From the NCBI RefSeq assembly GCF_009914755.1, contig NC_060928.1: a DNA stretch of 64,000 nucleotides, one strand, 5' to 3'. This document shows, piece after piece, positions 16,294-31,211 of this stretch (the first letter of the stretch is position 1; each line of letters opens with the position of its first letter). The stretch comes from the human T2T-CHM13v2.0 reference genome, Homo sapiens. The translations under genes and the position numbers were made by a program. Below the pieces are notes generated by a model, which was not told the DNA's origin, searched no databases, and saw only the letters and a list, made by a program, of their open reading frames with translations.

Positions 16294-19264
16294 CTAGCTT
16301 CTGCACGTCATTTATGTTATCAAGTGAGATGATAGATTGTTTAGGATGGCTCTCTGACTCCCAGATCTCAGATACTCAGGTACTTTTCCGGTCTCATCCA
16401 TCCTCCACAGGAGAGGCCCCCTATACTTCTCTACTATAATACTTGGGTTGTTTCTATCATCACTTAGATTCTTTAGTGTCTGTGAAGTAGGACCTGAGTC
16501 TCTCTTTTCACCACTGTATCTCCAACATCTGGCACAGTCCCCAGCCCGTGGTAGATAATAGATATTTTAAAAAAATTATGAATGAATAGCATAAACAAAA
16601 AATAGAGAACATTCCTAGAAAATATTCAGACCCTTTGACTTAGTAATTCCACTTCTAGAACCTTGTATAAAGAATCAGAAACACAGAAACTTATGTTCGT
16701 AATAATAGTAAAAAATTTAAAAGAATCTAAATGAATAACAGTAGAGCTTGCTTAAATATGACATGCTGTTTCCAAAAGAAACAATGTTACATAGGCATCA
16801 AAAATGTCCATTTTTGAAGAATTATAATGAATAGGAAAAGGCATACATTATAATCTTATATGGAGAAAGCAAAATATAAAACAACATAATTTCACTTTAA
16901 TCCAAAATATATATGTTTTTATGTCTCAATTACACACATATACATGCATAGAAAAATGAAAGAAAATATATTAATATTGGTTGTTTTTGTTTGATGTATT
17001 ATTTTTATTATCAGAGAAGAATTACTAAAATGTTTTTCTGTTAGATAGCTGGGTTATAATTAGTTTTTTTGTCACAGTGAAGAAAATAGTTTTCTGATTT
17101 TATAATTTCATTGTTTTTTTTACGTGCTATTTGTTTAATATATGGTTTAAAAGTCATTTTATTTACCTTCATTGTTATTAAAAAGTAGTAATGCTATACT
17201 AATTTAAAAAAATTAGTATGATCATGAATCTTTTATAAATTTTTTGCTTCTCATACTTAGAAATTGCTTTATTTATGAAACTCCTGAAATCCTTTGAGTC
17301 AATACCATAGATTCCAATTATTAGGGAAATTTACTTGAAGGCAACAATAATTTCATTTAGAGAGGATATAGGTTTGGGTAAAAGGTAGATGTCTTCCTAT
17401 CTGAACATTTTAAATGTTAAAAACCATTCACTTTCCTTTTGAATAACATGAAAGCTTTGAATTTATTTTGTAAGTCTTTTGGGTAGAAACCATCTATTTA
17501 TTTATTTTGGGGTGCTAAATGTACATTGAAATTATTATATAATAGCACAGGCATAATCATGATTTTTTTTTTGGCATTTCTTCTAAGACTTAGGGCCTAA
17601 TTATCCACCTCCATGAATAGGACCTGAGAAAAATTGTGTCTATAAAACTGGAGCTAGAGTGGACCTCAAGTTTATCCATTCCAAACTCTGGCAAGTGTTC
17701 ACTTCTCATCTCCTTTTGCTCCAGGACTTCTGGAAACAAGGAGCTCATAATTTCACTGAGTTAAGTTATATTTGAGGTAAATATTTCTACTTGTTGCAAA
17801 GTGTCTTTTTTAATATTAAATGATCATCTGCTCCTTACTACATTTACTCACTGGTCCTCGTTTTGTGCTTGGCACATAGACAGCATTCAGTATATTAATA
17901 TATTAGTCAGTGAGTCAGCGAGTGAATAAAGGAATGAATGGATACCACTTAATTAAGATTAGAGTTCTTGAGGAAACCTAAAGGATGGCCAAGCTTGAAA
18001 GCAGCTGCTTGCTTCTTCATCTTGGATTTCCCCTCATTGTCAGGAAATTCTATTCCTGTTTCTGATAACTGTGGAACTGACTCCTTTGACCATCCAAGAT
18101 TTCAATGGAAATGACTTCACTTACCATCTGACTGAAGTTCTTGCAAGAGATACCTTGGAAAAGACCTCTCCACCTTGACATAGTGTTATAGATATGGGAC
18201 AGAGGATAGACATGGCCAGCAACTGGGGTCACTTTTCTTTCCTTATGTTTAGGATTTTCAAGGAAGTGGTATATGTTCAATTGACAATGTTCAAGTTTAG
18301 CCATATCTAGCTTTTCTGTTTGCTCATTCTTTCATGTTTTTTCTGTAGTTTATGACATATGGACTGATACAGATCTTATGAACTTTTTGCAAACTATCTC
18401 TGTCCCATATTATTTGTATATCTGTCTTATCCTCCTGACTTCCACCAAAAAAGTGATGTGTTGCTTAGTGACAGGAATGCTGTTTTATTCATCTTTAGTG
18501 GCATGTATTTAATAGGTGGCTAATAAATATTTGCTAAATCAATGTATTTTCATCATTTAAAAACTCAGATAATATACCTCATTTTCCCCTGTTCTAGTTA
18601 TTAAAAAACCCCACTTTTCTGAATTGGACATACTCTTTTCTTTCCTCAATGTTTAGTCATAGTATTTCTCTGTTCCGGGTCATTTCTAAGTTCCTGCTTT
18701 AATTGTGTAGCTCAGAAAAAAATGGTAATCAAATAAGTTTTAATCAGCACTTCTTACATTCTTAACAGTCTTTCTCATTGTGCTTTCATGTGTTACTTTT
18801 TAAGTTTCCTCATTTGTAAAATGATAGTAATGACACACATCTTATAGGTTAGTAAAATAACATCATAAACACATGTAAATCACATAGTTGTGTTTCATCA
18901 ACTCTTTCCATTGAGAATACTTTCTTATGATGTCTAATTTCTTTTCTGTGTAACTTTTTCTCTTGACTGTTTTCTCTATATATTACATCTAATGTTAAAT
19001 TTAGAGTTGGTAAATTGAAATTCTTGATACAATGGGATATCTATATTTGGAGAACTGTGATTCATCACTTTACAGAAAATACCTGAATGAGCTGTTTTTG
19101 CCAAAATAATTATTTAAAGGATAATTTAACAAATATTCAACATCTTGTCTAGGTGTCATTCCAAAAGTTATCTTTCTATTTTGAATGGCCTTCATGTTTG
19201 AATTTTTAGTAAGTTTTATGCTGTTTTAAAATTGTGTATTGCAGTCTTGAAAATTTGTACAGTA

Positions 19265-21995
19265 CAGCTGACCCTTAAACAATGTGGGGTTTAGGGGTGC
19301 TGACCCTTCATGCAGTCAAAAATTCACATATAACTTTTGACTCCCCCAAAACTTAACTACTAATAGCCTACTGTTGACCAGAAACCTCACTGATAACATT
19401 AAGTGGATTAACACATATTTTATATGTTATATATATTATATACTATATTCTTATAATAAGGAATACTAGAGAAAGGAAAATATGAAGAAAATCATAAGTA
19501 AGAAAAATATACTTATTATTTATTAAGTGGGAGTAGATCATCATAAATATCTTCATCTAAATGATCATAAATCATCTTCACATTGAGTAGGCTGAGGAGG
19601 AGGAGGAAGAGGAAGGGTTGGTCTTGCTGTCTTGCCTGGCAGAGGCAAAAGAGGTAGAGGAGGTGGAAGGGATACAGGAGAGGCAGGCACACTTGGTGCA
19701 GTTTTACAGAAATACATTGTAACTCCCACCTGACATTTTTACTTTTTCATTTTTCTAAAAATATTTCTATATGGTTCCAGTCCTCTTTCACTGTTTGCTT
19801 TAGTTTCAAGGGTCCATGTTGCAAAATGGACCCTTCTATGATATGGACACTGAAGTCAAAAGCAGTCTTGAATAATCAGAACTCTTCTGCCAGATTGTCT
19901 AATGTCAATTTGTTTTTTGGCACCACTTCTTCTACGTGTTCTTCCTCATTATCTGACAGTGGTCTGGAAGCAGTCATCTCCATCAAGTTGTTTTTAATTA
20001 ACTTCCTCTGGTGTGGTGTCTATTAGCTGTTGAATTTCTCTAAAATCTGTATCTTGCAACCCTTCACTCCCAACCTTTTTTGGTCATATCTACAATCTCT
20101 TTCATTATTTCCTTGATTGACTCTCTTGTAAATCCTGTGAAGTCTGTACAACATCTGGAAACAGTTTTCTCTAGCAGGAATTTACTGCTTTGGGCCTGAT
20201 GGCTTTCACAACTTTTTCCATAACAACAATGGCGTCTTCAATGGTATAAGTCTTCCAGACTTTCATGATGATCTCTGTATTGGGTTTCTCTTCCATAGCA
20301 TTGGCAAATCTTTTCCATAGGATGCTGTATATAATGAGCCTTAAAGGTCCCTATGACCCAGACCAAGAGGCTGAATTAGAGACGTTGTGTTTGAGGGTAA
20401 GTAGACCAATTTGATATCTTCTGTGTTGAACTCGTGGTGTTCTGCGAGGTGAAGGGCATTGTCCAATATCAAAACAGCTTTAAAAACAGTCCTTTACTGA
20501 CAAGGTACTTCCTGACATCAGGGAAAAAGCATAAACTGAACCAATCCAGAAAAAGGGTTCTTGTTGTCCAGGCCTTCTTGTTTTAAAACCAAAAGCCTGG
20601 CAATTGGTGTTTATCTTTTCCCTTCAAGGCTCAGGGGTTAGCAGCTTTACAGATAACGGCAGTCCTGTTCCTAAATCCAACTGCATTTACAAAAAATGGT
20701 AGAATTAGCCTATTTCTTCTTGCCTTAAATCCTGGTACTTGCTTCTCTTACTTACTAATGAAAGTCCTATGTGGCAATTTTTCCCCCTTAGAATAAGGCA
20801 CTCTCTTCTGCATTAAAAACCCGTTCAGCCAGATATCCTTTTTCCTCAATGATTTTAATGGCATCGGGAACTCATCTTCTGCCTCTTGGTCAGCAGAAGC
20901 TACTTCTTTTGTTATCTTGACATTTTTAAGCCAAACTGATTTTGAAAATGTCAAACCATCCTTGGCTGGGATTAAATCCTCCAGCTTTAGATCCTTTACC
21001 TTTCTTTTGCTTTAAATTGTCATGTAATGACTTCACTTTTTCTCAAATCATATTTGGAGTCTATGGGTATGCCTTTAGTAACCCTGTACCCACATAAAAG
21101 CTGTATTTTCAATGCTAGATAGATAAAAGAGTATTTTGCAAAAAAAAAAAAAATGCAAGATTTTCACCTCTGGTGGTGTAGCTACAGCCATGGCTTCATG
21201 AATTTCCTTTTCTTTTTTTACAATGGTCCTTATGCTGGATTCATTTCTCTTGAAGTGATGGGCAACTGCAGCTGCAGACCTCAATCTTCCGTACATATCA
21301 AGCAATTCAATGTTTTCTTGCAATGTCATGACTTTTCTTCTTGGGAGCATTTCTAGCATCACTAGTGGCTTTTTGTATGGGTCCCATGGCATTATTCAGG
21401 GGCAATATTGTGCTCAACACAATAAAAAAATGTGAGACTGCGAGAGATCACTTTTTACTGCAATACACAATTTACAGGCCTGTGGAACTGCTCACATGGA
21501 GATGATTAGCATCACCCAGGGTTTCAAGCAGATACTCACAGCACTTGAATTCACTGTGAATTCAATAGCAAGAGGAGGTGGCTACAAAATTGTTACAGTA
21601 ATATAGTATGTGCTACAGTTAATTTTATGCAGTTGTGATTTAATACTGCGTCTTTATGTTTGTTCATATTTCTCTCAACTTCAAATGGTACCATGTATAG
21701 TCTGAAAGTATATATACGTTTTTAATAAAACTTAACTTTTTATAATAGTTTTGTGTATACTTTACGGTAGGAAATGATAAAATAGACTACTAGTATCTAC
21801 ATATATTTTATGCATTCAGAACAAACCCAACTTTTTCTTAAAATTTTCAATATGTCTAGGCTATATGGTTTGTCTGTGAGGTTTTTTGAAATTGTTGCTG
21901 ATCTCCAGAATTTTTTCCAGTATATTTATTGGAAAAAATTTAAATATAAGTAAACCCATACAGTTCAAGCCTATGTTGTTCACGTGCCAACTCTG
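19265..21995 (-). mobile_element. Near full-length Tigger2 (pogo-like DNA transposon) with decayed transposase
   Basis: TA flanks (19263-4, 21996-7), degenerate TIR CAG(C/T)TGACCCTT.AACAA, ~2.73 kb; minus-strand ORFs 21075-21392 (RRKVMTLQENIELLD...NESSIRTIVK, CENP-B-type HTH) and 20748-20954 (LKNVKIT.E.ASADQEA). Confidence 0.85.
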
Positions 21996-24276
21996 TATAT
22001 TATGAGCTGCACATTCATGTCTATTGTATTTAATAACTTTAATTTTGTTTTTATGTCTGAGAGTTAATGCCTTTTTATCAATTCTAGAGCTGTTTGCATG
22101 AGTGATTGAAAATGAGAATATTTGTAACCATAATTTAATAACTAGCAATTTGGTTCCTTATAATAGGATAAATAAAAATCCAGGGATTGGATTTTTAATA
22201 TGTATGCAAATTTTATTTTATTGTGATCATTTAATTAGAAGTATTTTTTAATAAGCTTTTTCTTACCTGTTTTCTCCACCATTTGGGGTGGGAGGCAGCA
22301 GGTAACAGAAGGCTTGTTAGAGGAAATGATACTTAATCTGACATCAGAAAGGTGAATGAGATTTATCTAAATAAGGTGGGTGTAAAGATATTGAATGTGG
22401 AAGGTAGGTTGTATCATTATAATTAATGTTTGCTCATTAACAATGTACCCAAATAAGAGGTACCAAATAAGTCTGGGATCTAAGAGAATTATTTATAGTT
22501 AAGGAGAGAATTAAAATAAGCCAATAAATAGAGTTAATTTGGGAGCTATTTCATGTAATGTATTGAGTATGCTTTTATTCTTGAAAATCTATTTCTATAA
22601 ATGTAGTAAACTGAACTTTATACATTTCACATAGCTCGATATTTATTCTTCAGAAGAATTTTTTCTGTTCAGTCACTGCTTGGGCCATTGCATTAAAATT
22701 TTTTAAAATACTTGCAACATTACTTAGAGTAGAAATATGTTTAATTATTGAGCATCTATTATGTGCTAGACATAGTGTGATTTGTACCATGATAGGTGGA
22801 GGACAGGGTGTTATGAAAGCCCATAAGCAAAGTCACCTAATGCTATCTTGGTTGGGGACCAGGTGAGAAAAGTTTTAATGGAGGAAGGGATATTTAAGCT
22901 GATACCTAAAAGGTGAATAAGATTTATTTAGACAAGAATAAGAATGTTGGAGGTGGGAGTTGAGCTTGGAGAGCAAATTTCAGATAAAGACTAATGTATT
23001 TGAATGTGTGTGTTGAAGAAGCTATGAATAATGATAGCTGTAGTAAAAGCCATCACTTATTGAATGATAATTATCATATTATGCCACTGTTTGAGTCAGT
23101 TTACATGTATTAACATCTTTAATCTTTGTAACAGCCATATAAGGGAACTGTTGTTATTATTCCACTTTCATTAATTGATTATTGATTATTAATTGTTCTT
23201 TATGAGTAATATACCATTCTCCCCTTCTTTCCTTATTAGGTCTGAATTTTGGGACTTTGGTATTGTTTTATTTTGGTTTCAGTGAGCCAGAAGTGGTCTG
23301 TAGGCACATTTAGTAAAAAGACAAAAAACATCATATGGCATTTTAGCTTGTCATTGAAAAGAATATTATATTAAAATATGGCATTTATGGATGATCAAAC
23401 CTAGGACTATTAAAACTTAATTTCCATGTTATAAGAAATAGAAGAGATAATGAAGAAGGTAATCAATACTATGAAAAATAGTGAGACAAATCTAGATTGT
23501 GACACATTCTAAGAGATAACTGGCCTGGACCTTTCAAGAAAGTCAGTATCATAAAAAAAAAAAAAAAAAAAGAAGAATAGAGAGATTCTGGATTAAACTG
23601 CTCTGAAAGACAGAGACATAACAACCAATGAAATGTAATGCATGAATTTTGAATGGATCCCAGATTTTAAAAAACTATAAAAGATATTTTGGAGACAACT
23701 GGAAAATTTGAGTATATATGGACTAAGTATGACATCATGAAATATTAATTTTCTTAGGTATGATAATGATATTGTGATATGTTGGAAAATGTCCTTATTC
23801 TAAGAATATGCATGCTGATGTATTTAGGGGTAAAATTTCATTTTTGGAAAAATTACAATGTAATAATTTCTGTACATTTTTACCTTTTACTAGGTCATTA
23901 ATGAGATTCTTAAGTATTAAACATTTATAAAATACTTAAATTTAACTTATCTTTTTATCTGATATTTTCCATATAATGTTTATTACCATATGACTTCTTG
24001 ACATTTTAAAAAATCTGTCCTCATTCCCATCCTCAACTAAAATATCAGTTATTTGAGGACTGAGGCTTTCTGTTATTCACTGCTTAATTCATAGCACAAA
24101 GGATAGTATCTGGCATATAGTAGGCAATAGTCAGTATTTGTTGAGTGGACTAATAAATAAGGATAACCAATCTCAACCAGCCTTACCATTTCTATATAAT
24201 TTGTAATATCTTTAATTTTTTTATTAGTTTTAGTATTGTTACTGGAAAAGATAATTGATTGTTTTTTATGTTTCAG

Positions 24277-24351
24277 GGAAGTTGGGAAAAAAGAATTTTG
24301 AAGAGTTTAAATAGTATGTGCACTGAACTGAGTATCCCACTGGCACGAAAG
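24277..24351 (+). CDS. TBC1D19: TBC1D19 coding exon (probably exon 5), GSWEKRILKSLNSMCTELSIPLARK
   Basis: TTTCAG acceptor, AAG|GTACTT donor; 75 nt, phase 0 to 0. Confidence 0.93.
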
Positions 24352-24437
24352 GTACTTTTAAACATTTTTCTGTTTAAGTATTTCATTGTGAATCAAATAC
24401 AGAAAGTATCATGAAGTTATATAACTGTTAGGCACAT

Positions 24438-24737
24438 TTATTTATTTATTTATTTAGAGACAGAGTCTTGCTCTGTCACCCAGGCTGGAGTGCAGTGGCG
24501 CGATCTTGGCTCACTGCAACCTCCGCCTCCTGGGTTCAAGCAATTCTCCTGCCTCAGCCTCCAAGTAGCTGGGACTACAGGCACCCGCCACCAGGTCTGG
24601 CTAATTTTTTTGTATTTTTGATAGAGACGGGGTTTCACTGTGTTAGTCAGGAGGGTCTCGATCTCCTGACATCATGATCCGCCCACCTTGGCCTCCCAAA
24701 GTGCTGGGATTACAGATGTGAGCCACTGTGCCCGGCC
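24438..24737 (-). mobile_element. AluS (Sc-like)
   Basis: Full dimer in reverse with (TTTA)n tail, about 90 bp after an exon. Confidence 0.88.
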
Positions 24738-25836
24738 TATTTATGTATTTTTACTAGTATATCACCTTGGTTTGAAACAAAAATCTGTAAAAGGCCAATT
24801 ATGTGGGTATATTCTATATGGATTTCTATTTTGTGTGCTATAATAATTATTATAACAAACCTGTATCTTTGCAAATAAATTGAAATATGAATCTGTAGTA
24901 CAGATGAGTTAGACATTTGGCTGTAAAGATTAGGAATATGCTTTAAAGATTTTAATTACCTTTAGTCTCCTTACCTTTTGGCTAATTAGCACAACAGTCA
25001 TATTCCTTGAATCACAGATAGAGTTCAGGCATACTGTGATCTTGTAATAGGTAATACGGTACCATCTTTCGGTATTAACGTAGGAAACGAAAAGGATAAT
25101 TTGTCATCTCTCTGTAGAACTGGAATTCTATTTAGATCTAATACTCAACATTTATGTTACTCTGGGCATTGAGGAGAAAAGATGAGAAAGAAAAGAAAAA
25201 ACACTTGAGGGATGTTCTGTTTTCTTTGTAGCTGCTCACAAGTAGGAGAGAGTCAGTTTCCCTTTACTTCATTCTCCCTACCTGCTATTTATTCCCTGTT
25301 GTTGGACAGGATGTAGTAGGTATACTTTGGATAATATCCAAGGAAAAATTACTGAAGGCACCAGAAGGATGGTGTTTAAAAAGGGATACATTTATATTAA
25401 AAACTGTCTAAATATGTAGTATTGTATAATATACTGCCTTTCTTATAGGAAGATGATGCTACTGACTCTTAGTCACACTCTCTTGGCCAGTCCCCCTTGT
25501 GATGCTTTTCTGAGACTGCTGGATGGGGGTAAGAGAAGTAGTATGTGGCTGAGGAGCAGTTTTTCTTTGTGAAATTTACTGGCCAGTACAGATCACTTAC
25601 CTTCTTTTATTGGACTCATTAGCACCATGTTCTAACTAAGCCATTGAGACTAGATATAACATAATAGTTAAATAATAATTTAAATGCAGTTACCCCCCAA
25701 ATTCAACATGTTTAATGAAATTATACTGTTATGGTCATTTATTTAGCTTTTAAATAAGTTATTGATTCTTGTTTTTAGTTGTATTGCTAGACTTCAAAAA
25801 ATGAAATGAAACCAGTTTCAAAATTACCTTTTCCAG

Positions 25837-25900
25837 AGGCCAGTTGGAGAACAGAAAGAACTTCTTAATAAATGGAATGAAATGGGAACTGATGAACCAG
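25837..25900 (+). CDS. TBC1D19: TBC1D19 coding exon (probably exon 6), RPVGEQKELLNKWNEMGTDEP(D)
   Basis: CCTTTTCCAG acceptor, CAG|GTATGT donor; 64 nt, phase 0 to 1. Confidence 0.93.
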
Positions 25901-26110
25901 GTATGTGAACAATTTTTTCTGAATGTAGTAGTGGAAAAATAATTGCCTTCTTAACTGTGGATCCAAAATAACATAATTAACAATTCTTTTGGGAAGATTG
26001 CAATTTTCCTTCTCATTAATTTTCTATCATCTGGAAAACCAGAATTAGACTGACCTACTCAAACTCCCAGACACCACATGCAACTAATAAATACAGACAT
26101 CAGGAGCAGC

Positions 26111-26425
26111 TTTTTGTTTGTTTGTGTTTTTAGAGACAGGTTCTTGCTCTGTTACCTGTGCTGGAGTACAGTAGCATGATCACAGCTCACTTTAACCTCA
26201 AGCTCCTGGGCTCAGAGGGTCCTTTCACCTCAGCCTCCTGAGTAGCTAAGACTACAGGCACACACCACCATGCCTGGCTAATTTTTTTATTTTTTGTAGA
26301 GATGGGGTTTTGCTATGTTGCCCTGGCTCTCTCTGTTGAACTCCTGGCCTCAAGTAATCCTCCCATCCTCCCACCAGAGCCTCCCAAAGTGCTGGGATTA
26401 CAGGTGTGAGCCACTGCGCCTGGCC
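26111..26425 (-). mobile_element. AluJ
   Basis: Diverged dimer with J-type features (CTCCTGGGCTCA, GCTATGTTGCCC). Confidence 0.85.
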
Positions 26426-27206
26426 TTATTTATCCTTTTTTAAAGCAGCCTTTAAAAACATTTTTATAAAATTATAAATTATCCAGTGGATTTTTGAGAT
26501 TCTTGTCTTTTAATTAAGGTAAATATTGTGCAAGCTTAATTATATTGGGTTGTTAAAAATAGGATAAATAGTGAAAAATACGTTTGAAGACTTTAAAATG
26601 TTTTAAAGAATTTATTTTTGTTCATTTTAATATTTAAAATCTAGTCAATTTTGTAAATATAAAATGAATAACAACTATATTTCATTTACTATGATAGATG
26701 CCTATAATTGTATAGACAGACATGTACATAACCCTTCCTCCTCCCCTTCCTTTACCACTGCTAAAAATACATGTAGGGGACTAGGTAAGAGATAAATACC
26801 ATAATAGAGTTATTATATATAGTTATTTGAGTTCAAAAGGGGGAATAGTTTAATACAACTAGAGGAATTCACTAAGAATGCATTGTTTGTATTTTAAGTA
26901 CATTGAGAATTCTCATATAGTACCTTTATGTTACATTGACATTGTTTGGCCAATTCAGTTACAAATAATTACAATTTGTGAATAGGATGCTCTTAATTTC
27001 TTCCAGAATATGTCATCTAGGATGTTAAGGGCAGAAATTGTCTTTTCATTTTAATGTTCTCTGTACTTAATGCAGTGTATGCATTCTCAAGAAATGTTTG
27101 AATTAATCTATCTGTATGATAACATGTGAAAGAATGATTAACATTTATTTAATAAGCCTTCATATATTATTAGCTGAAATTTTGTTTATAATCTATCTTA
27201 TTCTAG

Positions 27207-27253
27207 ATTTAAGCCTTTTCAGACCTGTTTATGCACCTAAGGATTTTCTTGAG
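27207..27253 (+). CDS. TBC1D19: TBC1D19 coding exon (probably exon 7), (D)LSLFRPVYAPKDFLE
   Basis: TTCTAG acceptor, GAG|GTAGGT donor; 47 nt, phase 1 to 0. Confidence 0.93.
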
Positions 27254-30200
27254 GTAGGTTCTATTGGATAAATACACATATATTAATGAATGAATAATGT
27301 GAATAAATGATGATGTAAAAATATATCAAGGCAGAGGGATTAGCATGTAAAAAGCCCCAGAGTCACTGAAGCAGTAGAATGACATGATCAGATCTGTGTT
27401 TGAAAATTACCCTTGGAAAATATATTGGAATATGGAAAGATTAGCATTGAGTAAATCAGTTAGGATAATTTTGATTAAAAAATAGTAACTGTAGGAAGTG
27501 GGTTCCAAGATGGCCGAATACGAACAGGCCCAGTCTGCAGCTCCCAGCGTGATCAACACAGAAGACGGGTGATTTCTGCATTTCTAACTGAGGCACCTGG
27601 TTCACCTCATTGGGACAGGTCAGAAAGTGGGTGCAGCCCACGGAGGGTGAGCCGAAGCAGGGAGGGGCATTGCCTCACCTGGGAAGGGCAAGGGGTTGGG
27701 GGATTTCCCTTTCTGACCCAAGGGAAGCCATAACAGACTGTACCAGGAAAATCAGAACACTGCCAACTAAACACTGCGATTTTCCAACAGTCTTAGCAAA
27801 CGGCACACCAGGAGGTTATATCCCATGCCTGGCTCAGCAGGTCCCATGCCCACGGACCCTTGCTCACTTCTAGTCCGAGATCAAACTATGAGGTGGCAAG
27901 CCTGGCTGGGGGAGGGGCATCCGCCATAGTTGAGGCTTGAGTAGGTAAACAAAGTGGCGGGAAGCTCGAACTGGGTGGAGCCCACCACAGCTCAACGAGG
28001 CCTGCCTGCCTCTGTAGACTCCATCTCTGGGGGCAGGGCATAGCTGAACAAAAGGCAGCAGACAACTTCTGCAGACTTAAAACATCCCTGTCTGTCAGCT
28101 CCGAAGAGAGCAGTGGTTCTCCCAGCACAGTGTTTGAGCTCTGAGAACAGACAGACTGCCTCCTCAAGTGGGTCCCTGACCCCCGTGTAGCCTAACTTGG
28201 AGACATCTCCCAGTAGGGGCTGACTGACACCTCATACAGGCCAGTGCCCCTCTGAGACAAAGCTTTCAGAGGAAGCATCAGGCAGCAATATTTGCTCTTC
28301 TGCAATATTTGCTGTTCTGCAGCCTCCGCTGGTGAAACCCAGGCAAACAGCATCTGGAGTGGACCTCCAGCAAACTCCAACAGACCTGCAGCTGAGGGAC
28401 CTGACTGTTAGAAGGAAAACTAACAAACAGAAAGGAATAGCATCAACATCAACAAAAAGGACATCCACACCAAAACCCCATCTGTAGGTCACCATCATCA
28501 AAGACCAAAGGTAGATAAAACCACAAACATGGGGAGAAACCAGAGCAGAAAAGCTGAAAATTCTAAAAACCAGAGTGCCCCTTCTCCTCCAAAGGATCGC
28601 AGCTCCTTGCCAGCAGTGGAACAAAGCAGGACGGAGAATGACTTTGACGAGCTGACAGAAGTAGGCTTCAGAAAGTCGGTAATAACACACGTCTCTGAGC
28701 TAAAGAAGGATGTTCGAACCCATCACAAGGAAGCTAAAAACCTTGAAAAAAGATTAGACGAATGGCTAACTAGAATAAACAGCATAGAGAAGACCTTGAA
28801 TGACCTGATGGAGCTGAAAACCATGGCACGAGAACTATGTGATGCATGTACAAGCTTCAGTAGCCGATTCGATCAACTGGAAGAAAGGGTATCAGTGATT
28901 GAAGATCAAATGAATGAAATGAAGTGAAAAGAGAAGTTAACAGAAAAAAAGAGTAAAAAGAAACCAACAATGCCTCCAAGAAATATGGGACTATGTGAAA
29001 AGACCAAATCTACATTTGACTGGTATACCTGAAAGTGACAAGGAGAATGGAACCAAGCTGGAAAACACTCTTCAGGATATTATCCAGGAGAACTTCCCTA
29101 ACTAGCAAGGCAGGCCAACATTCAAATTCAGGAAATACAGAAAACACCACAAAGACACTCCTCGAGAAGAGCAACCCCAAGGCACATAACTGTCAGATTC
29201 ACCAAGGTTGAAATGAAGGAAAACATGTTAAGGGCAGCCAGAGAGAAAGGTTGGGTTACCCACAAAGGGAAGCCCATCAGACTAACAGCAGATCTCTCAG
29301 CAAAAACCCTACAAGCCAGAAGAGACTGGGGGCCAATATTCAACATTCTTAAAGAAAAGAATTTTCAACCCAGAATTTCATATCCAGCCAAACTAAGCTT
29401 CGTAAGTGAAGGAGAAATAAAATCCTTTACAGACAAGCAAATACTGAGAAATTTTGTCACCACCAGGCCTGCCCTAAAAGAGCTCCTGAGGGAAGCACTA
29501 AACATGGAAAGGAACAACTGGTACCAGCCACTGCAAAAACATGCCAAATTGTAAAGACCATCGATGCTAAGAAGAAACTGCATCAACTAATGAGCAAAAT
29601 AACCAGCTAACATCATAATGACAGGATCAAATCCACACATAACAATATTAACCTTAAATGTCAATGGGCTAAATTCCCCAATTAAAAGACACAGACTGGC
29701 AAATTGGATAAAGAGTCAAGACCTATCAGTGTGCTGTATTCAGGAGACTCATCTCACATGCAGAGACAAACATAGGCTCAAAATAAAGGGATGGAGGAAG
29801 ATCTGCCAAGCAAATGGAAAGCACAAAAAGAGCAGGAGTTACAATCCTAGTCTCTGATAAAACAGACTTTAAACAAACAAAGATCAAAAGAGACAAGGCC
29901 ATTACATAATGGTAAGGGATCAATTCAACAAGAAGAGCTAATTATCCTAAATATATTTGCACCCAATATAGAAGCACCCAGATTCAAAAAGCAAGTCCTG
30001 AGACACCTAAAAAGAGACTTAGACTCCCACACAATAATGGGAGACTTTAACACCCCACTGTCAATATTAGACAGATCAATGAGACAGAAGGTTAACAAGG
30101 ATATCCAGGACTTGATCTCAGCTCTGCCCCAAGCTGATCTAATAGACATCTACAGAACCCTCCACCCCAAATCAACAGAATATACATTCTTCTCAGCACC

Positions 30201-31022
30201 ACATCGCACTTATTTCAAAATTGATCACATAGTTGGAAGTAAAGCACTCCTCAGCAAATGTAAAAGAACAGAAATCACAACAAACTGTCTCTCAGACCAC
30301 AGTGCAATCAAATTAGAACTCAGGATTAAGAAACTTACTCAAAACCGCACAACTACATGGAAACTGAACAACTTGCTCCTGAATGACTACTGGGTACATA
30401 ACGAAATGAAGGCAGAAATAAAGATGCTCTTTGAAACCAATGAGAACAAAGAGAAACATACCAGAATCTCTGGGACACATTTAAAGCAGTGCGTAGGGGG
30501 AAATTTATAGCACTAAATGCCCACAAGAGAAAGCAGGAAAGATCTAAAATTGACACCCTAACATCACAATTAAAAGAACTAGAGAAGCAAGAGCAAACAC
30601 ATTCAAAAGCTAGCAGAAGGCAAGAAATAACTAAGATCAGAGCAGAACTGAAGGAGATAGAAACACAAAAAACCCTTCAAAAAATCAGTGAATCCAGGAG
30701 TTGGTTTTTTGAAAAGATCAACAAAATTGGTAGAATGCTAGCAAAACTAATAAAGAAGAAAAGAGAGAAGAATCAAATAGATGCAATAAAAAATGCTAAA
30801 GGGAATATCACCACCGATTCCACAGAAATACAAACTACCATCAGAGAATACTATAAACACCTCTGCACAAATAAACTAGAAAATCTGGAAGAAATGGATA
30901 AATTCCTGGACACATACGCCCTCCCAAGACCAAACCAGGAAGTTGAATCACTGAATAGGCCAATAACAGGCTCTGAAATTGAGGCAATAATTAATAGCCT
31001 CCCAACCAAAAGAAGTCTATGA

Positions 31023-31211
<189 letters not shown>

